The notes under the pieces were generated by a model. That model did no database searches and had not been told where the DNA came from. It saw only the letters and a list, made by a program, of their open reading frames with translations. Below, in pieces: positions 20,406 through 30,647 of a stretch of DNA of 64,000 bases. This stretch comes from an uncultured Candidatus Peribacteria bacterium. GTDB taxonomy: Bacteria > Patescibacteriota > Gracilibacteria > CAIRYL01. Within the stretch, counting starts at the first letter, position 1; each line of letters starts with the position of its first letter. Both the position numbers and the translations under genes were made by a program. The stretch covers positions 2,139-66,138 of the forward strand of contig CAZDZQ010000007.1 of the NCBI GenBank assembly GCA_964509985.1. Direction: 5' to 3'.

Positions 20406-20440
20406 GAATGTGTTTCAAAAGTGAATGTTTGTGAAAAATA

Positions 20441-20482
20441 AAAAACTCATTACATATATAATATAAGTAATGAGTTTTTTTG
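20441..20482 (+). terminator. Rho-independent terminator immediately after rpsJ
   Basis: 13-bp perfect stem aaaaactcattac / gtaatgagttttt with a trailing T-run, 36 nt after the rpsJ stop. Confidence 0.8.
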
Positions 20483-20705
20483 TTTATATAAAAAAACTCA
20501 TATACTTTACAGAAAAATAAAATAAAATCTACATCAGTTATTCTTAGTATTTCTTATATTATGATATAATTTAAGCAATATATTAAAAATATTTATCTCT
20601 TGATTAAGTGAATATATATTGATATAATTATACGATAGCTTTATACAAAAAAATAAAAAAGTTATTTTAATATTTTATACCAACATACTTTAACATAAAT
20701 TTTAT

Positions 20706-21386
20706 ATGCAAAATAAATGGACAGCATCAGTTACAAAAAAAACTGAAGATAAAACCTCTCAACAACCTGAAAAAAATAATTCTAAAAAAATAGGACTTGT
20801 TATGGGTATTGTAGGGGCAGTACTAGTTACAGCAGGTGCAGCACCTATGCTCTTTGGAAACTCTGAAAATTTAACAGGAGATGCTACAAATACTCAACAA
20901 GAAGCCGTAGACCCTCTTGTTGCCTTATTATCAGGTGGAAATGAAACAGCAAAAGAAACAAAACCTAGCACTACAGTAAAACCAACTCCTACAACAAAAA
21001 TTAAAGCAACTATCAAACCTACAAAAAAACCAAAAGCAACTGTCAAACCTACAAAAATTTCTACTTCAGACAAAACAGTAAAAGTTACAAATACAAATAC
21101 AAAAAAAACTGATAAAACAGGAGAAAATTTTCATAATGCTTCAGCACTTGTCAATACTTCAAATGGAAATATTAAAGCTCAAAACGGTAATCAATCAGCA
21201 TCTATCACAGGAAATACAATTACTGCAACAAATGGATCTCAATCTGTAACAGTACAAACATCTGCAAAAACAACAATTAAACCACTTCGAAATATTCAAA
21301 CAGGTTTTGATATAAACATGATGTTAGGATTATTATTTCTTATTGCAAGTGGAGCGTTATTAATTCGATCACGAAAAACTGCATAA
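20706..21386 (+). CDS. Thr/Lys/Pro-rich surface protein with N-terminal anchor and C-terminal sorting-signal-like tail
   Basis: 226 aa. N-terminal TM segment IGLVMGIVGAVLVTAGAAPMLF. KPT-rich repeats (TIKPTKKPKATVKPTK). C-terminus RNIQTG + hydrophobic MMLGLLFLIASGALLI + basic RSRKTA has the layout of an LPxTG-type sortase signal, but the motif is non-canonical. Confidence 0.5.
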   Translation: MQNKWTASVTKKTEDKTSQQPEKNNSKKIGLVMGIVGAVLVTAGAAPMLFGNSENLTGDATNTQQEAVDPLVALLSGGNETAKETKPSTTVKPTPTTKIKATIKPTKKPKATVKPTKISTSDKTVKVTNTNTKKTDKTGENFHNASALVNTSNGNIKAQNGNQSASITGNTITATNGSQSVTVQTSAKTTIKPLRNIQTGFDINMMLGLLFLIASGALLIRSRKTA

Positions 21387-21419
21387 TATCTGTATACAAA
21401 TAAATATCTAAAACAAAAA

Positions 21420-23279
21420 ATGACTGAAAAAATTGAAAAAAAAAATTCATCATTGGAAAAAAAAGATATAAAAAAACTTTCAAATGCAGAATTAAAAAAA
21501 ATTAGAACTGCGGAAAAAATATTAAAAGAAGGAATGACAAGTGTTAAAGACTTAATCTCTCCTTCTTCGTTTAAAGTAAATTTTAGAAATATTCAAATAG
21601 GAGAAACATATGCAAAAACTTTTTTTATATATGCTTACCCTCAATATATTTCTGCAAACTGGCTTTCTCCTGTTATAGATTTAGATGCACAAATTGATGT
21701 ATCCCTTTTTGTATATCCATATGAAAGTGGAGATATAATGAAACAATTACGAAAACGAGTTACAGAAATGCACTCTACTATAAATATGGAACGAGAGCGA
21801 GGACTTGCAAGAGACCCAAGTCTTGAAGCTGCACTTGAAGATGCAGAAAGATTAAGAGATCAACTTGCCCGTGGTCAAGAAAAATTTTTTCAATTTGGAC
21901 TATATTTTACAATATATGCAAACAATGAAGAGGATATAAAAAAAACACAAACAACTATTCAATCCATGTTGGGAGGAAAATTAGTACTTTCTAAACCTGC
22001 TGATTTTCAACACCAACACGGATTTGAAAGCACTCTTCCACTAGGAATAGATAATTTAGAAATTTACAGAAGTATTAACACAGAACCTCTTTCTTCAAGC
22101 TTTCCATTTACCAGTTCTGATATGAGTACCGGAGAAGGAATTTTATATGGAATCAATAGACACAATAATTCTCTTATTATTTTTGACAGATTTTCATTAG
22201 AAAATGCAAATTCTGTAATTTTTGCAAAATCTGGTTCAGGAAAATCATTCGCAGTAAAATTAGAGCTTTTACGATCATTAATGATGGGAAGTGATGCTAT
22301 TGTAATTGACCCAGAAGATGAATATCAAAAACTTTCAGAAGTAGTAGGAGGAACGACAATTAAAATGTCTTTGAATTCTACTCAACGAATTAATCCGTTC
22401 GATATTCCACATCCCATGCGAAACGAGATTCTTCGTCCCGGTGATCTTTTGAGGTCTGCAATTATTTCTATGCTTGGACTTTTAAAACTAATGTTAAAGG
22501 GAATTTCTCCTACAGAAGAAGGAATTTTAGATAAAGCATTAATAGATACATATGCATTAAAAGGAATTACAATGGATATAGAAAATCCATCAGAAATGGA
22601 ACCTCCAATAATGTCTGACCTAGAAAATGTTTTAAAACGGATGCGTGGAGGAGAAGAACTTTCAGATCGGCTTTCAAAATTTACAACGGGGAGTTATTCT
22701 GGAATATTTAATAATCAAACCAATATTCATTTTGATGTAAATTTTCTTGTATTTCAAATTCGAGATTTAGAAGAAGAGCTTCGCCCTATTGCGATGTATA
22801 CAATTCTTGATTTTATCTGGAATAGAATTCGATCAAAACTTAAAAAACGAATTTTAGTTATTGATGAAGCTTGGACAATGATGAAACATGAAGATAGTGC
22901 CAAATTTCTACACGGCTTAGTAAAAAGAGCTAGAAAATATTATCTCGGAGTTACTACTATCACACAAGATGTAGAAGATTTTTTACACTCTGATTATGGA
23001 AAAGCAATTATTACAAACTCTTCAATGCAGTTGTTATTAAAACAAGCACCTTCTGCTGCGGATATTTTAGAAAAAGTTTTTCATTTAAGCAAAGGTGAAA
23101 AATATCTATTGATGAATTCAAAAGTAGGGCAAGGTATTTTATTTGCAGGAATGGAACATGCAGCTGTGCAAATTATTGCATCATATAGTGAAGAAAAAAT
23201 TATTACAACCGACCCAGAAGCCATTTTAAAAGCACAGGAATTAGAAGATGAAAAAATGAAAATAGACCCTCTCGACTAA
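21420..23279 (+). CDS. VirB4/TraC-family type IV secretion (conjugation-type) ATPase
   Basis: 619 aa. Walker A FAKSGSGKSFAV, Walker B RILVIDEAWTMM, GVTTITQDVEDF. Size and order fit the CPR/Firmicute VirB4-like (DUF87-type) ATPases. Confidence 0.7.
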   Translation: MTEKIEKKNSSLEKKDIKKLSNAELKKIRTAEKILKEGMTSVKDLISPSSFKVNFRNIQIGETYAKTFFIYAYPQYISANWLSPVIDLDAQIDVSLFVYPYESGDIMKQLRKRVTEMHSTINMERERGLARDPSLEAALEDAERLRDQLARGQEKFFQFGLYFTIYANNEEDIKKTQTTIQSMLGGKLVLSKPADFQHQHGFESTLPLGIDNLEIYRSINTEPLSSSFPFTSSDMSTGEGILYGINRHNNSLIIFDRFSLENANSVIFAKSGSGKSFAVKLELLRSLMMGSDAIVIDPEDEYQKLSEVVGGTTIKMSLNSTQRINPFDIPHPMRNEILRPGDLLRSAIISMLGLLKLMLKGISPTEEGILDKALIDTYALKGITMDIENPSEMEPPIMSDLENVLKRMRGGEELSDRLSKFTTGSYSGIFNNQTNIHFDVNFLVFQIRDLEEELRPIAMYTILDFIWNRIRSKLKKRILVIDEAWTMMKHEDSAKFLHGLVKRARKYYLGVTTITQDVEDFLHSDYGKAIITNSSMQLLLKQAPSAADILEKVFHLSKGEKYLLMNSKVGQGILFAGMEHAAVQIIASYSEEKIITTDPEAILKAQELEDEKMKIDPLD

Positions 23280-23288
23280 ATTTATTTT

Positions 23289-24002
23289 TTACAAATCATC
23301 TCCAGAAATAGGTTCTTTTTTAGGGGTTCCAATATGCCTTGGAAACTGTGGCATCATGGGTTCTACTTTTTTTATTTGCCATAATTCTCGTGTTTCTTTT
23401 GTTGGCAAATTATAATAAAATACATTTTCTGCAAATCCTCCAAAATAATCTAAGACCAAATCATCGTTATCTAAATTATGTTCTGGACCTCTATATGCCA
23501 ATAAATAATGTTTTTCTTTTAAAAAACCCATTGTCATTTCTAGCATAGGTGAAAAGTTTGCAAATGCACGCGTTACAATCATTTCATATTTTTCTCGATG
23601 TTGTTTTTCATGGGCTAATGCTTCGGCTCGTCCATTTAAAATATGAATATTTTTCAAATTTAATTGTTCTGCAAATTCATCTACACATTTCAATTTTTTG
23701 GCAACACTATCCAGAGGATAAAAATGAATTTCTGGAAATATAATAGCCAAAGGAATAGTTGGGAATCCCCCACCAGTCCCCATATCTAAAATAGTTTTTG
23801 GATTATTTTTTGATATAAAATCAACGCTTGAAAGCGAATCATAAATATGCTTACTCCAAATAAGATCTATTTCACGAATAGCAGATAAATTTATTTTAGA
23901 ATTTTTTTCTTTAAAAATTTCTACAAATTTTTGCAATTTTTCAAATTGTTCATCTGTAAGATTTGGAACAATTTTTTTTAAGGCTGTTTTATATTCTGAC
24001 AT
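23289..24002 (-). CDS. rsmG: 16S rRNA (guanine527-N7)-methyltransferase RsmG
   Basis: 237 aa. KINLSAIREIDLIWSKHIYDSL, the SAM motif ILDMGTGGGFPTIPLAI, and VTRAFA. Confidence 0.85.
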   Translation of the reverse strand: MSEYKTALKKIVPNLTDEQFEKLQKFVEIFKEKNSKINLSAIREIDLIWSKHIYDSLSSVDFISKNNPKTILDMGTGGGFPTIPLAIIFPEIHFYPLDSVAKKLKCVDEFAEQLNLKNIHILNGRAEALAHEKQHREKYEMIVTRAFANFSPMLEMTMGFLKEKHYLLAYRGPEHNLDNDDLVLDYFGGFAENVFYYNLPTKETRELWQIKKVEPMMPQFPRHIGTPKKEPISGDDL

Positions 24003-24217
24003 AATTTTTTTCTGAAAGTTCTCATATTAATTTAACCACTTTGATAAAAGTGGTATAAAAAGAATAACACATAAATAAAAAAAAGCTTTGAGGAAATTAA
24101 TAAAAAATAAGTTTTTAATAGTTACCACATAAAACTATTAACTTTAATCTTAAATATTTATATTTAAACTATAACAAATTTATGATATAATTGTTATATA
24201 AATATTATAAATTTGTT

Positions 24218-25159
24218 ATGACAACACAAACAAACAACACATTAAATATAAAAGAATATATATTTACAACACTAGAAAACAGTAAAAATACTAATGATAA
24301 AAAATCGAAAATAAAAAATATTATTAACCGATTTTTATACACATTAATTCTTGCAAATGTTTTATCTATGATACTACAAACAGTAAATTATTTTGAACAA
24401 TATTCATCATATTTTTCTTTGTTTGAAAATATTTCTCTAATAATTTTTACATTAGAATATCTCTCACGAATTTGGACATATAAATTACACAAAAAATACT
24501 TAAATTTTTCATCATTTGTTTTTTCACCCATGATGATTTTTGATGCACTTGTTATTCTTCCACATATCGCAAATATTTTTTTCCCAAATATCTTAGATTT
24601 AAGAATTTTAAGAATTATACGAGTTTTTAGAATTTTTCGGCTTTATAAATATTCAAATACAATAGATAAAATTTTAGATATTACACTTCGCCACAAACAA
24701 GTACTTTTAAGTGCTTTTTCATTTATTATGATGGGAGTTGTAACATCTGCAACACTCATGTATTTTGCAGAAAAAGATGCACAACCTGAAATTTTTTCTA
24801 GCATTCCTCAAGCAATTTATTGGGCTGTTATTACTATTTCTACCGTGGGATATGGAGATTTTGCACCCATTACAGACCTTGGAAAATTAGTTGCAGTTTG
24901 CACCACTATTTTTGGAGTTGCTATTTATGCACTGCCAACATCAATATTAGGTGCTGCTTTTTATGCAGAACTTATGTCTAAAGAATCATACTTAATAGAT
25001 TCTCTTAAAAAAGAAAATAAACATTTACAATATTTAATACATAACTCACAAAGAGAAATGAAAACATTACGAGATATTATAAAAAAAGAAAGAGAACAAG
25101 AAAGAGGACTAAAAAAAGAAAATAAAATTACTAAAAAATTCTTAAATTTTTTTAAATAA
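24218..25159 (+). CDS. Voltage-gated-type potassium channel (6TM, TVGYGD pore)
   Basis: Selectivity filter TISTVGYGDFAP. S4-like Arg ladder LRILRIIRVFRIFRLYKY. I prefer the ATG at 24218 over the TTG at 24191. Confidence 0.85.
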   Translation: MTTQTNNTLNIKEYIFTTLENSKNTNDKKSKIKNIINRFLYTLILANVLSMILQTVNYFEQYSSYFSLFENISLIIFTLEYLSRIWTYKLHKKYLNFSSFVFSPMMIFDALVILPHIANIFFPNILDLRILRIIRVFRIFRLYKYSNTIDKILDITLRHKQVLLSAFSFIMMGVVTSATLMYFAEKDAQPEIFSSIPQAIYWAVITISTVGYGDFAPITDLGKLVAVCTTIFGVAIYALPTSILGAAFYAELMSKESYLIDSLKKENKHLQYLIHNSQREMKTLRDIIKKEREQERGLKKENKITKKFLNFFK

Positions 25160-25214
25160 AAAAATATGATAATATTATGATAATATATAGATATAAAAAA
25201 TTTTACAGATTTTT

Positions 25215-25865
25215 ATGAAAAATTACATAATTCTATTTATAGGATTTGGACTTTTAACAATTGGTGCAATTTCGGCATATTTTACAAATATTTTTGATAT
25301 TCAAAATACAACACAAATAAATTCTCTCTATACCATAGACAAAAAAATTACACCTGAAAAAACCCAAAATATAAATTTCACACTATATTTCGATTTTGGA
25401 TGCCCTTCTTGTCAAGATTTTTTTACAAATACATATTTACCTCTTGAATCTGAATATAAAAGCAAAAATATAAATTTTTCAGTTTTACCATATAGCCAAA
25501 AAACTGTAGGAAAAAGTTTTACACTTGCAAAATATTTAACTTGCATGCAAAAAACTAATAAATCAAAAACAAACAATTTTATTCAAAATATAAAAATTAC
25601 AGACAATATAAAAGATAATAAATTATTTTCAGAAAAAATAAAAAAATTAGAATTATCAGAAAAAGAAAATTCTGATTTTTTTACATGTATAAAAGATGAA
25701 AAAAAAATTGTAGAAAAAGAAGCTTTAGAAATAAGAAAACTTGCAAGAAAAAAAGGAGTAATCGGAACTCCTACTTTTTTTATAAATGATATAAAATTTG
25801 AAAGAAATCAAAATTATTTAAAAGTTTCTACAATACTTGAAAATATTTTAACAAAAACTTTATGA
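25215..25865 (+). CDS. DsbA-like thioredoxin-fold thiol:disulfide oxidoreductase, membrane anchored
   Basis: 216 aa. N-terminal TM segment. CxxC active site FDFGCPSCQDF. C-terminal GVIGTPTFFIND (cis-Pro loop). Its TGA stop overlaps the aroB ATG (ATGA). Confidence 0.7.
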   Translation: MKNYIILFIGFGLLTIGAISAYFTNIFDIQNTTQINSLYTIDKKITPEKTQNINFTLYFDFGCPSCQDFFTNTYLPLESEYKSKNINFSVLPYSQKTVGKSFTLAKYLTCMQKTNKSKTNNFIQNIKITDNIKDNKLFSEKIKKLELSEKENSDFFTCIKDEKKIVEKEALEIRKLARKKGVIGTPTFFINDIKFERNQNYLKVSTILENILTKTL

Positions 25866-26950
25866 AAAATATCGACATAGCAATACCATCAAAAAATAAA
25901 AATTATACTATTAATTTTTTTGAAAAAAATAATTTTGAACATATACAACAAAAAATTTTTTCACAAATAAATAATAGAAATTGCATATTTGTAACAGATG
26001 AAAACATATTTAATACTACTGATTTTTTTACAACAGAATATTTTAAAAAAAATACACAAAATAATATTGTTGTATTGCCCGCAGGTGAAGAAAATAAAAC
26101 ATGGAAAAGTATAGAAACAATTTTAGATGCATGTTTTTCGCATAACCTAGATAGATCTTCTGTTCTTATTGCAGTAGGAGGAGGAGTTATTGGTGATATG
26201 ACAGGGTTTGCTTCCAGTATTTTTATGCGTGGAATTCCATTTATTCAAGTTCCTACAACTTTACTTTCGATGGTAGATTCAAGCGTTGGTGGAAAGACAG
26301 GAATCGATACACCACATGGAAAAAATTTAATTGGGGCATTTCATCAACCAGAAGCGGTATTTTGCTGTGAACATTTTTTATCAACATTGCAATTTATAGA
26401 AATTCAAAATGGATTATCTGAAATGATAAAACATGGAATTTTAGGAAACAAAAATCATTTTAATAATCTTGAAATTTTATTAAAAGATAATTCTGATATA
26501 TTTAAAAATACAAACACCTTTGACACTGGAAATAAAAAATTATTACATGAAATTTTCAAACTGGTACCAGAATCAATTTCTGTCAAAAAAAATATTATCC
26601 AACAAGACGAAACCGAACAATTCGGAGGAGTTCGTGGATTTTTAAATTTAGGACATACATATGGACATGCAATAGAACTTCTTTCAAATTTTGAAGTTCC
26701 CCATGGAATAGGTGTAGCAAAAGGAATAATTTGTTCTCTTGAAACATCTAAAAAAAGAAATATTATATCAAAAAAAACTGATATACTAAAGATTCAAGAT
26801 ATATTTAAATATGCAAATATAAATACATCTCATAGCTTTTCAGACAACGAAATTCATACAGCAATGAAACATGACAAAAAAAAGAAAGATGGAAAAATTC
26901 AGTTGATTCTTATTAATAACATAGGAGAAGTCGTATATGACTATTTATAA
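25862..26950 (+). CDS. aroB: 3-dehydroquinate synthase
   Basis: 362 aa. GGGVIGDMTGFASSIFMRGIPFIQVPTTLLSMVDSSVGGKTGID..HGKNLIGAFHQP and LGHTYGHAIE are DHQS family blocks. No other shikimate gene is in the window. Confidence 0.85.
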   Translation: MKNIDIAIPSKNKNYTINFFEKNNFEHIQQKIFSQINNRNCIFVTDENIFNTTDFFTTEYFKKNTQNNIVVLPAGEENKTWKSIETILDACFSHNLDRSSVLIAVGGGVIGDMTGFASSIFMRGIPFIQVPTTLLSMVDSSVGGKTGIDTPHGKNLIGAFHQPEAVFCCEHFLSTLQFIEIQNGLSEMIKHGILGNKNHFNNLEILLKDNSDIFKNTNTFDTGNKKLLHEIFKLVPESISVKKNIIQQDETEQFGGVRGFLNLGHTYGHAIELLSNFEVPHGIGVAKGIICSLETSKKRNIISKKTDILKIQDIFKYANINTSHSFSDNEIHTAMKHDKKKKDGKIQLILINNIGEVVYDYL

Positions 26951-26968
26951 ATTCTTTATATATTTATT

Positions 26969-28879
26969 ATGAATAATATTACAAAAAAATATATAAATAC
27001 TTTTTTTCTATATTTTTTATCAGGAATTTTGTGTGTATTACCACTCATTTATTCTTTAGACACACAGCAAATTTTTTCTGTAAATAAATTTACATTTATT
27101 TTATTTTTTGTTGGAATTTCTGGAATAATTTTTTCTTTTTTTTCTAAAAAAATTAAAATATCTAAAGATACACTTTTTTTTAGTATTTCTTTTTTTGCAA
27201 CAATAGCATTTTCTACATATTTTTCTGAAACTCCAATTATTTCATTTTTTGGAAGTGATTCTCGTCATTTTGGAGCATTATTTTTAATTTCTCTTTTTTT
27301 ATCATTTATTTTTTTATATCAATATTTTTTAGAGTCAAAACAAAAAACATTATATAAAAGCATAAATTTTATTTTTACATCTATTGCTATTTCTGGAATT
27401 ATATCTGCTATATGGGCTATATCACAATATATTGGGTTTAAGCCTATATTTGGAGGTGTTTTAAATTTTGACAGCTTAAGCTTGCGAAGTTTTGCGGGAA
27501 TGGGACAACCCAATTTTCTCGCTCAGTTTTTAATTTTCCCATTTTTTATATCATGTTATTTTGCAATACAAAATTATCTTAAAAAAAATAAATTTAATGT
27601 AATATTGCATATAAATATTTTATTTCTATATATAGTTTCCATATACACAACTGGATCTAGAGCCGGAATGCTAGGGATTTTATCTGGAATGGCTACTTTA
27701 ATAATTATTTATTTTTCACACAAACTCAAAAATAAATACCCATATTTATTACAAATAGGAGTAAGTATCATAATTGCTGGAATATTAAGCTTAATTGCAT
27801 TAATTTTTATATTTGGAGACTCTATTTCTTTATATTTAGGAGACCGAGGAGATTCAATAGCAGCACGATTTTATTTTTGGAACGATGCAGTAGAATTAAT
27901 AAAATCTCATTTTTGGACAGGAACAGGTGCCGATATGATGGCAACACCATTGGCACAAAGTTTATCTGTGCAAGCGTTAGAACCAGAAAATTTTTCAGCC
28001 ACTCCAGACAGAATTCATAGCATTCTTTTTGATATATTTTTACAATATGGAGTTTTTGGATTTTTACTTTTTATTTTTGGAATTTGGAAAATTGTTAAAA
28101 CTGCAATCCTAAATATAAATAAAAATTTTAATGATACAATATCTATTATTTCACTTTCTGCATTTATTAGTATTTCAACAGCTTGGATATTTGGATTTGC
28201 AGTTCTGACCGATAGTTTTATTGCAATAATATTTATAAGCCTAATTTTTCAAAACAACAAAAATTATAAAAATAACAATATTCCAAATAATTATACTTTT
28301 TCGAAACTTCATACAAAAATTATAAAATTAACACTTTTTATATTTTCTCTTTTTTTACTACACACAGCATATTCGATTGATATATCTGAAAAAGCACTAT
28401 TTACATTAAAAAATATACACACATTAACAGCTAAAGAAAAATATAATGCATCTGAAAAAATATTAAATACTCCATATTTTTCTCAAAATTTATTTAGTGT
28501 ATATGATTATCTTACACCTGCACAAAAACTTAAAGCAGAAAAAATTGGAGATAAATATAACTTTCAAAATAACTCATATTATCAAGTAAAAATACACTCT
28601 TCTCTTGCTAAAAATAATAAAAAAAATGCAAAAATTTATTTACAAAAAATAAAAGAAAATGCCGGAAATTTATTCACAAAACGAATACAAACAGCATATA
28701 TTGCCAATACTTATAAACTCATTTCAAAAGACGAATACATCTTAGAAATGCAAAATATTGCACGAAACCTTATTCCAAATTATTATTTTAATTCAAAAAA
28801 TAATAACGAATTTAAATTTCAAAAATTTTGGAAACATCATAACAATACCGCAAGTATTTTATTTAAATATTTAAACTAA
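26969..28879 (+). CDS. O-antigen ligase/polymerase (Wzy_C)-like polytopic membrane protein with helical-repeat C-terminus
   Basis: 636 aa, at least 10 predicted TM segments. YTTGSRAGMLGILSG loop typical of O-antigen ligase-like proteins. Soluble C-terminal ~170 aa are TPR-like. Confidence 0.55.
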   Translation: MNNITKKYINTFFLYFLSGILCVLPLIYSLDTQQIFSVNKFTFILFFVGISGIIFSFFSKKIKISKDTLFFSISFFATIAFSTYFSETPIISFFGSDSRHFGALFLISLFLSFIFLYQYFLESKQKTLYKSINFIFTSIAISGIISAIWAISQYIGFKPIFGGVLNFDSLSLRSFAGMGQPNFLAQFLIFPFFISCYFAIQNYLKKNKFNVILHINILFLYIVSIYTTGSRAGMLGILSGMATLIIIYFSHKLKNKYPYLLQIGVSIIIAGILSLIALIFIFGDSISLYLGDRGDSIAARFYFWNDAVELIKSHFWTGTGADMMATPLAQSLSVQALEPENFSATPDRIHSILFDIFLQYGVFGFLLFIFGIWKIVKTAILNINKNFNDTISIISLSAFISISTAWIFGFAVLTDSFIAIIFISLIFQNNKNYKNNNIPNNYTFSKLHTKIIKLTLFIFSLFLLHTAYSIDISEKALFTLKNIHTLTAKEKYNASEKILNTPYFSQNLFSVYDYLTPAQKLKAEKIGDKYNFQNNSYYQVKIHSSLAKNNKKNAKIYLQKIKENAGNLFTKRIQTAYIANTYKLISKDEYILEMQNIARNLIPNYYFNSKNNNEFKFQKFWKHHNNTASILFKYLN

Positions 28880-29775
28880 TTTTGTAAAATTTCATCGCCC
28901 AACAATTCATACAAAATATTTCTTGCATCCTGATACCTATCTGCAGACCCCAGCAAAACCAAAAAATAAAACTTATTTCTACGCTCTACCACTAACATTA
29001 AACACTGACCAGCATTTGGAGTTGTCCCTGTTTTCATTCCATGAACCTGAAAAATTGTTCCCAACAATTTATTTGTATTTTTTAACTGATGCTCAATTTG
29101 TATATCATTTTCATATTGTAACTCATTTTTTTTATATGCAAACACTGTATCAAATTTTGTATCTACAATTTTTTTTATTTCATCATATTTCCACAATTTT
29201 TTTGCTAATATTATTAAATCCGACGCCGAAGCATAATGAACCGAACTATCTAACCCATGCGGATTTACAAAATGCGTTTGCGTCATAAATAATTCTTTTG
29301 CACGAATATTCATTTCATTTACAAATTTATACACCGTTCCTGAATGATATTCTGCCAATGCTACTGCAGCATCATTTCCAGAATTCATAAGCAATCCTTT
29401 CAATAATTGCTGAACCGTAACCTCTTCATCATACTGTAAATGCATTGTTGATCCCTCAGTAATACTAGAAATTTTAGAAATTGTTACAACATCATCTAAA
29501 TTATGATTTTCTATTATAATTAAAGCTGTCATCAATTTTGTTAAACTGGCCATTGGCAATTTTAAATTTGCATTATAGCTATATAAACGATTCATAGAAT
29601 CAGCTTCTATTAACAACACAGAGCGCGCAGTAAAATACGGATTTTTTTCTTGAATTTCCCATGATTTTTCTATAGGAGATATTGTATATTCAGGAAATAC
29701 ATCAACATTCACAGCCTCCAACCCAGGAGCCCACATTCCAGTTCCAAATAATAATAACAAGGTTGATACCATCAT
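28876..29775 (-). CDS. D-alanyl-D-alanine carboxypeptidase (peptidase S11, PBP5-like)
   Basis: 299 aa. SxxK (MASLTKLMT), SxN (NSGND) and KTG (MKTGTT) motifs in the canonical order. Confidence 0.85.
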   Translation of the reverse strand: MMVSTLLLLFGTGMWAPGLEAVNVDVFPEYTISPIEKSWEIQEKNPYFTARSVLLIEADSMNRLYSYNANLKLPMASLTKLMTALIIIENHNLDDVVTISKISSITEGSTMHLQYDEEVTVQQLLKGLLMNSGNDAAVALAEYHSGTVYKFVNEMNIRAKELFMTQTHFVNPHGLDSSVHYASASDLIILAKKLWKYDEIKKIVDTKFDTVFAYKKNELQYENDIQIEHQLKNTNKLLGTIFQVHGMKTGTTPNAGQCLMLVVERRNKFYFLVLLGSADRYQDARNILYELLGDEILQN

Positions 29776-29787
29776 AATTTTAGTATT

Positions 29788-30633
29788 TTATTCATCAAAT
29801 TTATAAATTACTTTTCCATTTATTCTTAAATCTATATAAGCCAATCTCCATTTTAAAATATTTTTTTCTGCCAACATATATTCCAATTTATCAATCTGAT
29901 CAGACAAATCTTCTTCTAAATACAACCAATATGCAACTGATTTATCATCGATAAAATATATTTCTTGTGCATCTCTATAATAATTTATTTCTACTATTTT
30001 TCGAGAAATTATTTTTTCTAATTTTTTTTTTGCCGAAGCAATATCTGAAATATAATGTCCATCTTTTACAATATCATAAAAAGAAATTTCTTTTTGTCTT
30101 GGTTGTTTGTCTATAATTGTTAATAAATTGTTATCAACTTTATCTTCTTCTGTTTTCTCTTTTTTATCATCTAGTTTTTTTATTTTTTTATTTACAATAT
30201 TATGTTCTAAAAACATATTATTTTTATTTAAATATCCAAATTTTTTTATTATTTTTTTTTCACTATTATTTTCTTTATTTTCTTCACTCTCATAAAAATA
30301 TTCCCATTTAGCAATTATTTCTAATGGAGTAACTACAATATTTAATGTTTTTGGATATTTTTTTTGAATTGATACTGATTTCAATTCTTTAAATGTTTTT
30401 AAAAAATGATTTTCTAAAGAATCTGTTTTTAATAATAAAATATTTGCACCTTTTACATATTCCATAATTTGCAACAAAGCACCAGATCTCACATTAATAG
30501 TATCTTGTGTTCGTTTTATAGAGACTTCTTTCACTTGAAATGTAAAATATCCCCAACCAAAAACCACACCCAAAACAAGAGATAAGATTATCCCTATTTT
30601 TAGCATGTTTTTTTTTATAAAATCAGGAAACAT
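29788..30633 (-). CDS. FtsQ/DivIB-type cell division protein (POTRA domain)
   Basis: 281 aa. N-terminal TM segment then VKEVSIKRTQDTINVRSGALLQIMEYVKGANILLLKTDSLENHFLKTFKELKSVSIQKKYPKTLNIVVTPLE (POTRA pattern). Position is next to the mur ligase gene. Confidence 0.6.
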   Translation of the reverse strand: MFPDFIKKNMLKIGIILSLVLGVVFGWGYFTFQVKEVSIKRTQDTINVRSGALLQIMEYVKGANILLLKTDSLENHFLKTFKELKSVSIQKKYPKTLNIVVTPLEIIAKWEYFYESEENKENNSEKKIIKKFGYLNKNNMFLEHNIVNKKIKKLDDKKEKTEEDKVDNNLLTIIDKQPRQKEISFYDIVKDGHYISDIASAKKKLEKIISRKIVEINYYRDAQEIYFIDDKSVAYWLYLEEDLSDQIDKLEYMLAEKNILKWRLAYIDLRINGKVIYKFDE

Positions 30634-30647
30634 ATATTTAATTTTTT

